A stretch of DNA of 64,000 bases. Origin: Ostreococcus lucimarinus (Eukaryota). The stretch lies in the NCBI GenBank assembly GCA_000092065.1, contig CP000583.1. One strand, written 5' to 3'. Shown here piece after piece: positions 8,997 through 18,454 of the stretch (the first letter of the stretch is position 1; each line of letters starts with the position of its first letter). The translations under genes and the position numbers were made by a program. The notes below the pieces were generated by a model that saw only the letters and a program-made list of their open reading frames with translations, was not told the origin of the DNA and did no database searches.

Positions 8997-10814
8997 TCAG
9001 ACGCGCAGGACTTTGACGACGCCGTTTGAGTTCGCGGCGACGAGCACGGATTCATCGCTTCGCCACGCGCACGCGCTGATGAAACCGCGAGGTTCGTTCG
9101 CGTCCCGAGCGAACCCGATGGACGCGATGGGCGACGAAAGATCCTTGCGGTAAATGAATACCTCGTTCGTTTCGCTCCCGCACGCGACGTGGTCGCCGAC
9201 GGCGGTGAGGCCGACAAAGTTTCGTTCGTTGACGTGTCCTTTGAGCGCGCACGTGAGTTCGCCTGTGTTGACGTTCCACACGTTGATGGTGTTATCCGTC
9301 GATGCGCTCGCGATTTCGTTGGCGTTGAGGTACTTGACGTAACTGACCGCCTTGCGATGGCTGTCGAGGATTTGCACCGGCTCGGCCAAGCGTCGCAAAT
9401 CAAAAATATACACCTTTTGGTCGACGCAACCGACCGCGATGCAATGCGCGTTCTCGGGTGAATACTGCGCACAGCAGACGTTCGCTTTCATGTCGATCTC
9501 GTGCACGCTGTTCGGTTGATCGGTGTTCCAAATCTTCACCAAGTAATCATCCGAGCCACTCACTAAAAGTCGCGGATCCGTGCGACAGTAGTCAACGGTC
9601 CAGATTCGCTTTTCATGCTCCTCAAAATCTATGATGCTGCACTTTTTCTCGACATCCCACACCGAAACGACACCTTCGTAATCACTCGCCGCTATGTGAT
9701 GCTTAACAAACTTGTTGTAAGACAAGCACGTCAGCTTGGACCGAGTGTTGATTTCATCCGCGGGTTGCTGTGACCCCTCGAGCACGTGCTCGAGGTTGTA
9801 AAACTGAATTCGTTTGGACACACCTGCGGTAGCGAAGTACTCTTGCGTCGAATCGAACTCAATGCTGCTGACGGGCGCGCCTGGGTTTGACGCGTCTTCT
9901 TCGCCGCGAATCTCCGCCGCGATGGAAATGTTCGAGTATCGTTTAAACGTGTCAATAATCGTCGAAAACTCCTCCATAGTCGTCGAGTCCGGGGCGTACC
10001 CTCGACCACCATTGAGCGCGCTACCACTCGACTTACCACCATCGCTGGTGACATCGTCTCGTTCTGCGCTTCTTCTCTTGGAATACCAGCTCTGCAATTC
10101 GCTAAACTGCCTCAACACTCTGCGTCGCTTCGACTCGTCGATGACGATTTGCGACTCACCCGGCCGCGTCAAACCCAGCGCTTCCATCGCGTGCGCGATC
10201 ACTTCTTTATCGTGCAAATCACTACGTTCGTGCGACACTCGTGCACCGCCACCCAAGGCCTCAATTTCCCTTCGCACCGCGTCGATGTCGGCGTCTAAAC
10301 ACCTCAACTCTCGCTCGAGCGCCACCGCGCTCGCCTGCTTCCTCGCTCGGCTCTCTACTAAGAACTCCTTCAACACCTCTCGCGACACTGCGCGTGATTC
10401 CAGCACCAAACTTCGATGTTTCTCGCTCAAAGTCTTCACCAAAGGTGTCAATCGTTCCAAATCGTCTTCGCCGTCCTCGGCGCTCGTCGAAGCCGCCGCC
10501 GCTTCGCTCGCCCCTGACTTCATAGCCGCAACCATCGCGTTCACCGCCGCATTTGGCACTAACTGTGCGCTGGTAAACATCGACGAGCATGTCGGGCACC
10601 GAGCGCTCACCCCGGCGTCCGCGCCGCCGTCTCGGGGCGCCGCCGCCGCCGCGTCGAGCGCCGCGCTCGCGCACCCGTGACAAAACGTGTGTCCGCACGT
10701 CGCCACGCAGTGCGCGTCCGTGAACGGTTCGAGACATATCGGACACGTAACGTGTGCGAGCATTGCTGACGTCGCGCGCGCGTGCGCGCCTCGCGGTAGC
10801 GTTAACGCCGACAT
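8997..10814 (-). CDS. COP1: COP1-type E3 ubiquitin ligase (RING finger, coiled coil, WD40 repeats)
   Basis: The RING is CPICLEPFTDAHCVATCGHTFCHGC. The coiled-coil segment is followed by seven WD40 repeats (...GVVSVWDV..., ...LVKIWNTD..., ...NTINVWNVNTGE...). The COP1-type C-terminus is ...ANSNGVVKVLRV. Confidence 0.85.
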   Translation of the reverse strand: MSALTLPRGAHARATSAMLAHVTCPICLEPFTDAHCVATCGHTFCHGCASAALDAAAAAPRDGGADAGVSARCPTCSSMFTSAQLVPNAAVNAMVAAMKSGASEAAAASTSAEDGEDDLERLTPLVKTLSEKHRSLVLESRAVSREVLKEFLVESRARKQASAVALERELRCLDADIDAVRREIEALGGGARVSHERSDLHDKEVIAHAMEALGLTRPGESQIVIDESKRRRVLRQFSELQSWYSKRRSAERDDVTSDGGKSSGSALNGGRGYAPDSTTMEEFSTIIDTFKRYSNISIAAEIRGEEDASNPGAPVSSIEFDSTQEYFATAGVSKRIQFYNLEHVLEGSQQPADEINTRSKLTCLSYNKFVKHHIAASDYEGVVSVWDVEKKCSIIDFEEHEKRIWTVDYCRTDPRLLVSGSDDYLVKIWNTDQPNSVHEIDMKANVCCAQYSPENAHCIAVGCVDQKVYIFDLRRLAEPVQILDSHRKAVSYVKYLNANEIASASTDNTINVWNVNTGELTCALKGHVNERNFVGLTAVGDHVACGSETNEVFIYRKDLSSPIASIGFARDANEPRGFISACAWRSDESVLVAANSNGVVKVLRV

Positions 10815-10824
10815 GCGCTCACGC

Positions 10825-10861
10825 TGACGTCACACGAATCACGTCAGAGATATCCGACGTG
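10825..10861. promoter_or_regulatory. Cluster of ACGT-core elements just upstream of the COP1 start codon: a C-box palindrome TGACGTCA, an inverted-repeat partner ACGTCAG and a G-box-like GACGTG
   Basis: The sequence gcTGACGTCAcacgaatcACGTCAGagatatccGACGTGcg lies 11-47 bp upstream of the COP1 ATG (10814..10812). The CTGACGT/ACGTCAG arms form an inverted repeat. ACGT elements are the classical bZIP (HY5/CREB-type) sites. Confidence 0.3.
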
Positions 10862-11110
10862 CGCGTCGCGTTCTAGCGTCTGTGAAGCGTGTGCGCGCGC
10901 TCGAAGCGGCGCACGTTCGTGTTTGGACGCACTCAAACGCGCTCGAGCGTCGCGTTCGAGGCGCGCGGCGAGGTTTGAGGCTGTGCTCACACTCGCCGCC
11001 GTCGCGACGCTTTTTCGTCGACGCGACGCGGTTGTGACTAGGCTACGCTCGCTACATCATACGCTATTGGTGCTAGGACACACTACGATGCGCGCGGTAA
11101 ACGGAATATA

Positions 11111-12247
11111 TCAACGAGGAATCTTCCTGCACTCGACCAATCGATCGCGGATGTCGTCCCAAAATGCTGCCTCCTCGGCGTCTGCGTCTGCGTCGACGCC
11201 GCGCTCGCGAATAAGCTCGAACCTACTGTCACGACGGTAAGCGACGGATGCGAACGTGATCGTTCGCGTTCGCACCTTCGTGCCTTCGCTTCTGTGGATG
11301 CTCTCCACGATGTCTGGGCGTACCCAATCCGCACCGAGACGCAGGACACCCTTGAATCGCGCGACGTCGACGCGTCGCAACACAAACTCTTCAAAAAACG
11401 CCTTCAACTTCGGTCGCACGAAGACGTCGTCGACGTGAAACGCGTATCCACACGAGGCGTATCGATCACTTTCCTGCTTCACCATCCAAGGCGGCGCGTT
11501 GGCGGTGAGGCGCGGCTCCAAAGTGAACGGTCTCGAGCTCGTCGTCGTCGTCGTCGTCGTCGTCGCCTCGGTCGGGAGCTCGCTCGGCTCCCACCCGCAT
11601 CGACCATCGAGAAGCGCCAAATCCATCCCATTCGCGCGATCACGCGCCAAAAACACAGCACTCTTCTTCGGCCAAAACCCACGCCCGAACGCCAAGAACG
11701 CCTCCACCTCTGCCTCGCTCGCGGCGTCCGCGAACGACCCGCACATCGCGTCTGCGCACTCCGTCTGCGCCTTGAACAATTCCGACCGCAACACCGCCGC
11801 TTTCCCTTCGTCTTCCCCGAAAACCCGCACATCGACCACACAAATCGTCGCTCGCACGTCCACGCTCGCTTCCAGGTGTTCCGATCGCAGCGCGTCGATC
11901 ACGCGTCCCGCGTCGCCCATCCCGCTCGGCTCCACGAGCACGCGCGCCGGTCGATACCGCCGCAGCACCTGCGTCACCGCCACCACGAACGGCGCCGCCG
12001 TCGCGCAGCACGCGCACCCTCCCGACACCTCTCGAACGATCGTCCTCCCACTCGCGTCCGCGTCGCGCTCGCGCGTTCCCACCGCGTCATCGAGCAGCGC
12101 CCCGTCGATGCCCAGCGCACCGAAATCGTTCACCACCACCGCCCACGTCTCGTTCGCCGGCTTCGCGCTCGCCAGCGCGCGCAGAACGTGCGTCGTCTTC
12201 CCCGCGCCGAGCGCGCCGGTGATGACGTTCACCGGCGTGCGCGCCAT
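11111..12247 (-). CDS. CobW/COG0523-family G3E GTPase (putative zinc metallochaperone)
   Basis: The P-loop is NVITGALGAGKTT. The metal-binding CxCC motif is SGGCACCAT. A CobW C-terminal domain is present. There is a poly-Thr linker (TTTTTTTT) from an (ACG)n repeat. Confidence 0.85.
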   Translation of the reverse strand: MARTPVNVITGALGAGKTTHVLRALASAKPANETWAVVVNDFGALGIDGALLDDAVGTRERDADASGRTIVREVSGGCACCATAAPFVVAVTQVLRRYRPARVLVEPSGMGDAGRVIDALRSEHLEASVDVRATICVVDVRVFGEDEGKAAVLRSELFKAQTECADAMCGSFADAASEAEVEAFLAFGRGFWPKKSAVFLARDRANGMDLALLDGRCGWEPSELPTEATTTTTTTTSSRPFTLEPRLTANAPPWMVKQESDRYASCGYAFHVDDVFVRPKLKAFFEEFVLRRVDVARFKGVLRLGADWVRPDIVESIHRSEGTKVRTRTITFASVAYRRDSRFELIRERGVDADADAEEAAFWDDIRDRLVECRKIPR

Positions 12248-12297
12248 GCGTCGTCGAGTGTCACCGCGCGCGCCTCGCTCGGCACGCCTCGGCGCGC
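12248..12297. promoter_or_regulatory. 50-bp bidirectional promoter/5'UTR region between the CobW-family gene (-) and XRCC3 (+)
   Basis: The start codons are opposed at 12247 (-) and 12298 (+). Confidence 0.4.
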
Positions 12298-13221
12298 ATG
12301 CGCGTCGCCGCCGCCGCGGCCGCGGACGCGCGCGCCGCGTGCGTCTCCACGATGTGCCCGCGGATCGACGACGCGCTGCGCGGGGGCGTGCGCGCGCGCC
12401 ACGTGACGGAGATCGCGGGCGAGAGCGCGAGCGCGAAGACGACGCTGTGCGCGCAGCTCGCGGTGCGCGCGACCGCGCGCGGCGGCGCGGCGGTGTACGT
12501 GCACACCGACGGGCCGGCGCCGACGGCGCTGATGCGACGGATCGCGTCGTCGGCGCGGTTCGTCGCGGAAGCGTGCGACGGGGACGAAGACGCGGCGACG
12601 GCGGCGCTGGAGCGCGTGTACGTGGTCAAGGCGCTGGGCGACGCGGACGCGCTGCGAGAGACGCTGACGGCGGTCAGCGCGGTCCTCAGAGCGCCGGTGA
12701 GCGAAGACGCGGTGGTGAGGATGATCGTGGTGGATTCGATCGCGGCGCCGTTTCGAGACGACGCGACGAACGGAGGATGGACGTACGCGGCGAAACGGGC
12801 GGGCGCGCTGCACAAGTTGACGATGCTGTTGAAGGAGTACGCGACGAAACACGACGTGGCGGTCGTCGTGACGAATCACGTGGTGGATAGCGTGAGAGAA
12901 AATGGAACCGGAGCGCACGGTGACGGCGCCGTGGCGACGCGGGCGATGGGGGAGTTCACGACGAGCGGACGACGAGTGGTGCCGGCGCTCGGTTTGATGT
13001 GGTCGAATTGCGTCAACGCGCGATTGTTTCTCACGAGACGCGCGACGCGCGGTCAAGGGTACGTCGTGGGCGGTGATGACGGCGATGATGGAAACGCGGG
13101 CGTCGCGCGGACGTTACACGTCGTGTACGCGCCGCATTTGCCCGAGTCGAGCGTCGATTTCGTCGTGCGCGAAGACGGCGCGTGGGACGTCGCCGCGCCG
13201 CGCCCGCGCGCCGTGGCCTAG
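12298..13221 (+). CDS. XRCC3: RAD51 paralog, XRCC3-like recombination repair protein
   Basis: HVTEIAGESASAKTTLCAQLA aligns with XRCC3 [20 protein letters not shown] (Walker A). MIVVDSIAAPFR aligns with LVVIDSVAAPFR (Walker B). PALGLMWSNCVNARLFL aligns with PALGITWANQLLVRL. ARTLHVVYAPHLPESS aligns with ARTLRVLSAPHLPPSS. Confidence 0.8.
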   Translation: MRVAAAAAADARAACVSTMCPRIDDALRGGVRARHVTEIAGESASAKTTLCAQLAVRATARGGAAVYVHTDGPAPTALMRRIASSARFVAEACDGDEDAATAALERVYVVKALGDADALRETLTAVSAVLRAPVSEDAVVRMIVVDSIAAPFRDDATNGGWTYAAKRAGALHKLTMLLKEYATKHDVAVVVTNHVVDSVRENGTGAHGDGAVATRAMGEFTTSGRRVVPALGLMWSNCVNARLFLTRRATRGQGYVVGGDDGDDGNAGVARTLHVVYAPHLPESSVDFVVREDGAWDVAAPRPRAVA

Positions 13222-13263
13222 CGCACGCGTACCGCGCGCTACGCGCGGCGCGTGTACGATAGT

Positions 13264-13345
13264 AGTGAATGAATGAATGAATGTGTTAGCGAATGATTGT
13301 ATTTTTATCGTCGGATTGACGAACGAACGAACGAACGAACGACCG
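13264..13345. repeat. Microsatellites (GAAT)4 and (GAAC)5-6 in the UBA3 upstream/5' region
   Basis: gtgaatgaatgaatgaatgtg at ~13266-13284 and gaacgaacgaacgaacgaacgaccgaacg at 13321-13349. Confidence 0.8.
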
Positions 13346-13435
13346 AACGCGTTCGCGTCGGTTACGCCGCACTCTCACCCTCGACGTTCCAAAATTCCTC
13401 TCGACGCCCCCGCCGTCGAGCCTCCCGCCGAGGCG

Positions 13436-13634
13436 ATGTCTCGCCTCGACGTCGATTTCTGCGTCGACGAACGCGCGCGCTGGCGCTCCATCGACGCGCT
13501 TTTACTTCGCCGTGGGAGATTCACCGGTCCAGATTTTGAGCCGGGAGAAGACGTCGCGCGCGTGCTCCGCGAGCACGTCCGCGTGCTCGTCGTCGGCGCC
13601 GGAGGACTCGGGTGTGAACTGTTGAAAGGGCTCG
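13436..13634 (+). CDS. UBA3: NEDD8-activating enzyme E1 catalytic subunit (UBA3), exon 1
   Basis: MSRLDVDF...[40 protein letters not shown] aligns with human ...[40 protein letters not shown]. The in-frame upstream ATG at 13277 is also possible. The exon ends in phase 1 at the G|GTGCGTG donor. Confidence 0.8.
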
Positions 13635-13722
13635 GTGCGTGACGACGGCGCGAGAGACGCGCGGACGTTGGTGGTGATGAAGGACGCGCGACTGACGAGA
13701 CGAACGCGACGACGCCGCGCAG
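13635..13722 (+). other. Intron of UBA3 (88 nt, GTGCGTG...CAG)
   Basis: Splicing 13634 to 13723 restores ...[33 protein letters not shown], identical in register to human [32 protein letters not shown]. There is a CTGAC branch-like motif at 13692-13696. Confidence 0.8.
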
Positions 13723-14825
13723 CGCTGAGCGGATTCACGACTCTGGACGTGATCGATATGGACACGATCGACGTGACGAATTTAAATAGACAGTTTTTGT
13801 TTCGCGCGGAGGACGTGGGGAAGAGTAAGGCGGAGACGGCGGCGAGACGAGTGCGGGAACGCGTGCGCGGGTGCGCGGTGAACGCGCATCACGGACGAAT
13901 AGAAGAGAAAGAGGATGGGTGGTATAAACAGTTTGATATCATCGCTCTGGGATTGGATTCTCTGGAAGCGCGGGCATACATCAACGCGGTGTGCTGTGGG
14001 TTCTTGGATTACGACGAGGATGGGAACGTGGATCCGGCGACGATTAAACCGCTCGTGGACGGCGGTACGGAGGGATTCAAGGGACACGCGCGCGTCATCG
14101 TTCCGGGAATGACACCGTGTTTCAATTGCACAATGTGGCTGTTCCCTCCGCAAACGACGTTTCCGTTGTGCACGCTGGCAGAGACGCCGAGGAACGCAGC
14201 GCACTGCATTGAATACGCAAAATTAATTCAGTGGCCGGCGGAGCGATACGGGGAGACGTTTGACGCGGATGTCGTCGAGCACATGACGTGGGTGTACACG
14301 AAAGCGCTCAAACGCGCCGAGACATTTGGTATTCCAGGCGTAACGTACGCTCACACGCAAGGTGTGACGAAGAACATCATTCCGGCGATTCCTAGCACGA
14401 ACGCAATCATAGCCGCGGCGTGCGTCATCGAAACGTTGAAAATGGCGACGATGTGCGCCAAGGGAATGAACAATTACATGATGTACGTGGGCACGGATGG
14501 TGTGTACTCGCACACTGTGGAGTACGAACGCGATCCATCGTGCGTGGTGTGCTCACCCGGGATCGCTCACGCGTTGAACGCGAACGCGACACTCGAAGAA
14601 TTCATGGCTTCCATCGTCGCCGCGTATCCAGATTCTCTCGCCGAACCGAGCGTGAGTTTCGGCGGGAAAAATCTGTACTTGCGCGGCGTGCTCGAGTCCG
14701 AATTCGCGGAAAACTTGAATAAACCTATGATTGAGCTCATGAATGGGCGCAAAGAAGGCTTAGTCGTGGTGAATGACAAGAAAATGAAGAAGACGTCGAT
14801 GCGGTTGCGACTGTCGTTAAAATGA
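13723..14825 (+). CDS. UBA3: UBA3, exon 2 (adenylation domain, catalytic Cys, C-terminal E2-binding region)
   Basis: [38 protein letters not shown]...NIIPAIPSTNAIIAAACVIETLKM... is the typical UBA3/ThiF fold. Confidence 0.85.
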
Positions 14826-14856
14826 TAGAAATGTGATTTGAATAGCAATACAGTGA

Positions 14857-17082
14857 CTAAGGGTTAAGCTCTGCGTGCGATTCTTCTATGAACGCCATCG
14901 CCTTTTTCACACTAGCCGCGTCTCCATCGAAATACTTCGAGAGGCCTGCCTCGATGCTCTTTCGATACTCGCCGAGCCCCTCGATTTCCCAAGCGTCGTC
15001 AGCCTCTTTAATCTCTTCTTTCGCGTCCGGATTTTCCAAATCTTTCCCAGAAGGATCGTCCTCGCTAACAACAGTAACGTTCATACCGCTAGAGTTCGTC
15101 TTCTCGGCGAAACCTCCGTTCATCGTCGACGCCTCGAGCGCTTTCATGTCGACGACGCCTTCTTCGAAGAGTGTGACGTTTTCGACGCCGTAGTACTCGT
15201 GATGACCAATTCGACAGCACCAGATGCCCATTCTGATCTGTTTCGCATTTTCCGCTTGCTTGGACGTCGTCGCGCCGATGATGGTATCAAAGTGTAAAAA
15301 CTTTACGTCTCGCGCCGACTCTAGCGACTTCGCCAGCGCGTCGAGTGACTCCGCCGCCGCCGTCAACTTGATGCTCGGCGCCGAGCGGAACACTTCATTT
15401 CTCGCCGGCACACACGCATCACCGGCAGGGCTGACGATTGCGCCCGTCTTTGGGTCACGTCGATGGAAGCACATACCGTACTCTTCGGGAATGAGTGTCG
15501 TCTTCGAGAAAGAGACAGTTGGCGGAACTTCGACGCGACGCACGTTGTCCGCGGACACTGCGCCTGCAGGCATGTGTGGATGACCCAAGAAGGCGTACTC
15601 ACGGTACTCTTTCATGAAATCGCCGCCATAACTCTCCATCCCCATAACGTGATCACCAGGGCAAATGAATGGCAAGCCGAGCATGGAACCCGGGAAGCGA
15701 CCGGCGTGGGGAAACCAAACGCGATCCAACCCGCAAAAGAATGGCGGCAAAATCACCACTCTCCCCAGATTTTTGGCGATCGCCACGGCTTCGTAAAGCT
15801 GCGCAATTTGGTGTTGCACCAGTCGCATGTGCTCCAAAACTACGTGTTCACCCTGTTTCAACGTCTCGAACGCGCCATCAGGCGAAGGGTATCCGCGTTG
15901 TGCAAACTCTTGCAAGTCGACGTCGGAGAGCACGCGAGGCGTGTACGAGAGGAACTTTTGATCGAAATACGACGGATCATCGCGATCTCCGAGCCACTGA
16001 TTCGCCTCTCGCATGCGATTCCGCTTACCTGGGGTACCATCGTACTGGAAAGTCGCGTGCATAGCGTACGGGTTCACGTTGATGAGTTCCGGAAGGCGTT
16101 GCGTAAAGTACGTGTGCCCGTTGTTGAACAACGCCACGGGAAGCGTGCCCATTTGTACTTTACCCTCGTACGCCGAGCCGACGCCGGACCCATCCGGTGA
16201 CGGCGTACCGCACCCACCACGCTGAACCAAAGTATTAAATTCCGCCTGATCCCAAATCTTTTCATCTTTCTCGAGATTACGCACCCATTCGCCCGTGAGT
16301 TGCTGACTCGCCTCCGTCGCCCGAAACCACATCATCCCGATGTTTACCGTCCCCGCGCACGGCGTCGACTCCAACCCTTCACCGTCGACCATGTGCGATA
16401 TTTGCCTCGCATCCTGATGCGTTCTATTTTGCAAGTTATCCGTGCTCACCAGGATGTCCGCCTTGGGATATCGTCGAAAGAATGGAATCGGATTTCTCAA
16501 CCACGCGACGTCGATGTCCGAAATCAACACGTCCACCCCAGTCTTCGTGAAATCATGAATCAAACGTATCTTATCCCGTCCCATCTTATGAAAATTCTTC
16601 GACCCCCACCCAAAATCCTTCTTCACCGCGTCCGCGTCGATCGATTTCGACCCCATCAGCCACGTGTTGACGCCGATTTTCCGCAGCGCCGCGTACAGCT
16701 CCTCGTCCATCGCCCCGATCAAGTAATTCGTCACCTCCAGCGCGTCCAGGTGGCTCAAAAAATTCAGCGCGAAATCGTAGTAGTGCATGTTCGCCCACGT
16801 CACGATCACCGCCCCGTCGACGGCGACGCGGTCGACCAGTTCCTTCGATATCCCCGTGCTCAGGTGTTCGCGGTGCGTCGCCGTCGACGCCCCCGCGGGC
16901 GCTCTCGCCCGCAGCGCTCGCGCGTGCGCGCGCGGCGCTCGCGCGTCGCGCCCGCGATTTCCATCGCTCAGATCGCGCGCCGCGTCTCCGCGCGCGACGC
17001 ACCGCGCCGCCGCGACGACGATCGCGATCGCCAAACCAATCGCCCGCGCCCGCGTCGCCCTCGCGCGCGTCCACCGCGCCAT
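14857..17082 (-). CDS. GT77-family glycosyltransferase (nucleotide-diphospho-sugar transferase domain PF03407), type II membrane topology, with an extra ~350-aa C-terminal domain
   Basis: MARWTRARATRARAIGLAIAIVVAAARCV is a signal anchor. VIVTWANMHYYDFALNFLSHLDALEVTNYLIGAMDEELY...DVLISDIDVAWLRNP carries the DxD motif. The ORF-track ORF 14857..18039 extends 5' into Arg-rich junk; ATG 17082..17080 was chosen. Confidence 0.75.
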   Translation of the reverse strand: MARWTRARATRARAIGLAIAIVVAAARCVARGDAARDLSDGNRGRDARAPRAHARALRARAPAGASTATHREHLSTGISKELVDRVAVDGAVIVTWANMHYYDFALNFLSHLDALEVTNYLIGAMDEELYAALRKIGVNTWLMGSKSIDADAVKKDFGWGSKNFHKMGRDKIRLIHDFTKTGVDVLISDIDVAWLRNPIPFFRRYPKADILVSTDNLQNRTHQDARQISHMVDGEGLESTPCAGTVNIGMMWFRATEASQQLTGEWVRNLEKDEKIWDQAEFNTLVQRGGCGTPSPDGSGVGSAYEGKVQMGTLPVALFNNGHTYFTQRLPELINVNPYAMHATFQYDGTPGKRNRMREANQWLGDRDDPSYFDQKFLSYTPRVLSDVDLQEFAQRGYPSPDGAFETLKQGEHVVLEHMRLVQHQIAQLYEAVAIAKNLGRVVILPPFFCGLDRVWFPHAGRFPGSMLGLPFICPGDHVMGMESYGGDFMKEYREYAFLGHPHMPAGAVSADNVRRVEVPPTVSFSKTTLIPEEYGMCFHRRDPKTGAIVSPAGDACVPARNEVFRSAPSIKLTAAAESLDALAKSLESARDVKFLHFDTIIGATTSKQAENAKQIRMGIWCCRIGHHEYYGVENVTLFEEGVVDMKALEASTMNGGFAEKTNSSGMNVTVVSEDDPSGKDLENPDAKEEIKEADDAWEIEGLGEYRKSIEAGLSKYFDGDAASVKKAMAFIEESHAELNP

Positions 17083-17247
17083 CGCGCCTCTATCGCGCGC
17101 GCGCGCGTCGCGCCGCGCGCGATCGCGCCTCGCCGCGCCTCGCGCCTCGCCTCGCGCGTCGCGCGCGACGCGCGCGGCGTCGCGAAGTCTCGCGGCGCGC
17201 GTCGTCGTGCGTCGTCGAATCCTTCGTCCCGCACACGCGCGCGCGCG
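17083..17247. promoter_or_regulatory. Bidirectional promoter region between the GT77 gene (-) and the MTG1-like GTPase gene (+)
   Basis: The start codons are opposed at 17082 (-) and 17248 (+). Confidence 0.35.
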
Positions 17248-18357
17248 ATGCGCGTCGCGTTCCCTCGCGCGCGCGCGCTCGCGCTCGCGAAGACGCCCTC
17301 CGATCGAGCGCGCGCGTCGTCGTCGTCGCGCGCGCTCGCGTCGCGTCGCGATCCGCGCGCGCGATTCGCCGCCGCCGCCGGCGCGCGCGAGCCGACGCGA
17401 CGCGACGCGAGCGCGCGCGCGCGCGAGCCGACGCGACGCGTCGAGGACGCCGAGGACGCGAACGCGCGTCGCATCGCGAGCGCTGGGAGCGTGCGCCTGG
17501 TGCAGTGGTACCCGGGGCACATCGCGCGCGCGGAGCGACTGCTCAAGGCGCAGCTCAAGGGCGTGGACGCGGTGCTGGAGGTGCGAGACGCGCGATTGCC
17601 GCTCGCGACGAGTCACCCGGAGATCGCGAGCTGGTGCGGAGATAAGATGCGAATCGTGGTGCTGAATCGAGCGGACATGGTGAGCGACGGGGAGCGAGCG
17701 CGATGGGTGAGTCATCTGAAGAGGGAGGGAGAGACGAGGGTGGTGCTGACGGACGCGCGAGCGGGGAAGGGGACGCGAAGGGTGAAAGAGATGGCGATGG
17801 AGATGAGCGAGGAGATAAACGCGAAGAGAGCGGCGAAGGGGTTGCTGCCGCGACCGGTGCGAGCGGCGGTGGTGGGGTACCCGAACGTGGGGAAGAGCGC
17901 GTTGATAAATAGGCTGGTGGGGAAGGCGGCGTGCGCGAGCGCGCCGAGACCGGGAGTGACGAGAGATTTGCGGTGGGTGCGCATCGGGGGGGATTTGGAT
18001 CTTTTGGACGCACCGGGGGTGCTGCCGGCGCGCATGCACGATCAGCGCGCGGCGTCGCGGTTGGCGATGGCGAACGACATCGGCGAGGCGAGTTACATCG
18101 CGAGTTCCATGGCGGCGGCGATGATCGAAGAGCTGAAACGTTTGCCGACGTGGAAATCAATCAGACCGGGAATCATCAAAAGATTTAAAGACGAACGCGT
18201 GGACGACATGACTGGAGAGGAATTCGTGCAGTATTTCGCCGATAAGACGTGCGGCGGCGACGTCGAGCGCGCGGGGACGCGAATGCTAAACGACTTTCGC
18301 GGAGGGCACATCGGGAACTTTTGCTTAGAATTGCCGCCGTCGGCGGACGGTTCTTAA
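17248..18357 (+). CDS. Circularly permuted ribosome-biogenesis GTPase (YlqF/RbgA/MTG1 family), organellar presequence
   Basis: VQWYPGHIARAERLLKAQLKGVDAVLEVRDARLPLATSHPEIASW...IVVLNRADMV (the G4 motif precedes G1). AVVGYPNVGKSALINRLVG is G1, followed by DAPGVL. The in-frame ATG at 17248 gives MRVAFPRARALALAK... The long upstream ORF 16300.. runs antisense through the GT77 gene. Confidence 0.75.
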   Translation: MRVAFPRARALALAKTPSDRARASSSSRALASRRDPRARFAAAAGAREPTRRDASARAREPTRRVEDAEDANARRIASAGSVRLVQWYPGHIARAERLLKAQLKGVDAVLEVRDARLPLATSHPEIASWCGDKMRIVVLNRADMVSDGERARWVSHLKREGETRVVLTDARAGKGTRRVKEMAMEMSEEINAKRAAKGLLPRPVRAAVVGYPNVGKSALINRLVGKAACASAPRPGVTRDLRWVRIGGDLDLLDAPGVLPARMHDQRAASRLAMANDIGEASYIASSMAAAMIEELKRLPTWKSIRPGIIKRFKDERVDDMTGEEFVQYFADKTCGGDVERAGTRMLNDFRGGHIGNFCLELPPSADGS

Positions 18358-18454
18358 ACACATTCAACGCATCATCGCATCACACCGATAGAGCTGTATA
18401 ATTTATGTGCTACATTTTTGACTTCATTCGACTTCACATTCTCTTCGCGACGCC

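Noticed and set aside
10923-11240. 105-aa ORF in the COP1/CobW intergenic region
   Set aside because: It is short, Ser/Arg-rich with no motif, and lies in the likely COP1 promoter and CobW 3'UTR.
11294-12890. Long plus-strand ORFs 11294..12406 and 11499..12890 overlapping the CobW-family gene and XRCC3
   Set aside because: They are poly-Arg/poly-Val low complexity. The true genes on these coordinates are supported by P-loop/CxCC and Walker A/B alignments in other frames.
16300-17247. 5' 316 codons of the 685-aa ORF 16300..18357
   Set aside because: It runs antisense through the GT77 gene and is pure Arg/Pro low complexity. The real MTG1-like GTPase starts at the internal ATG 17248.
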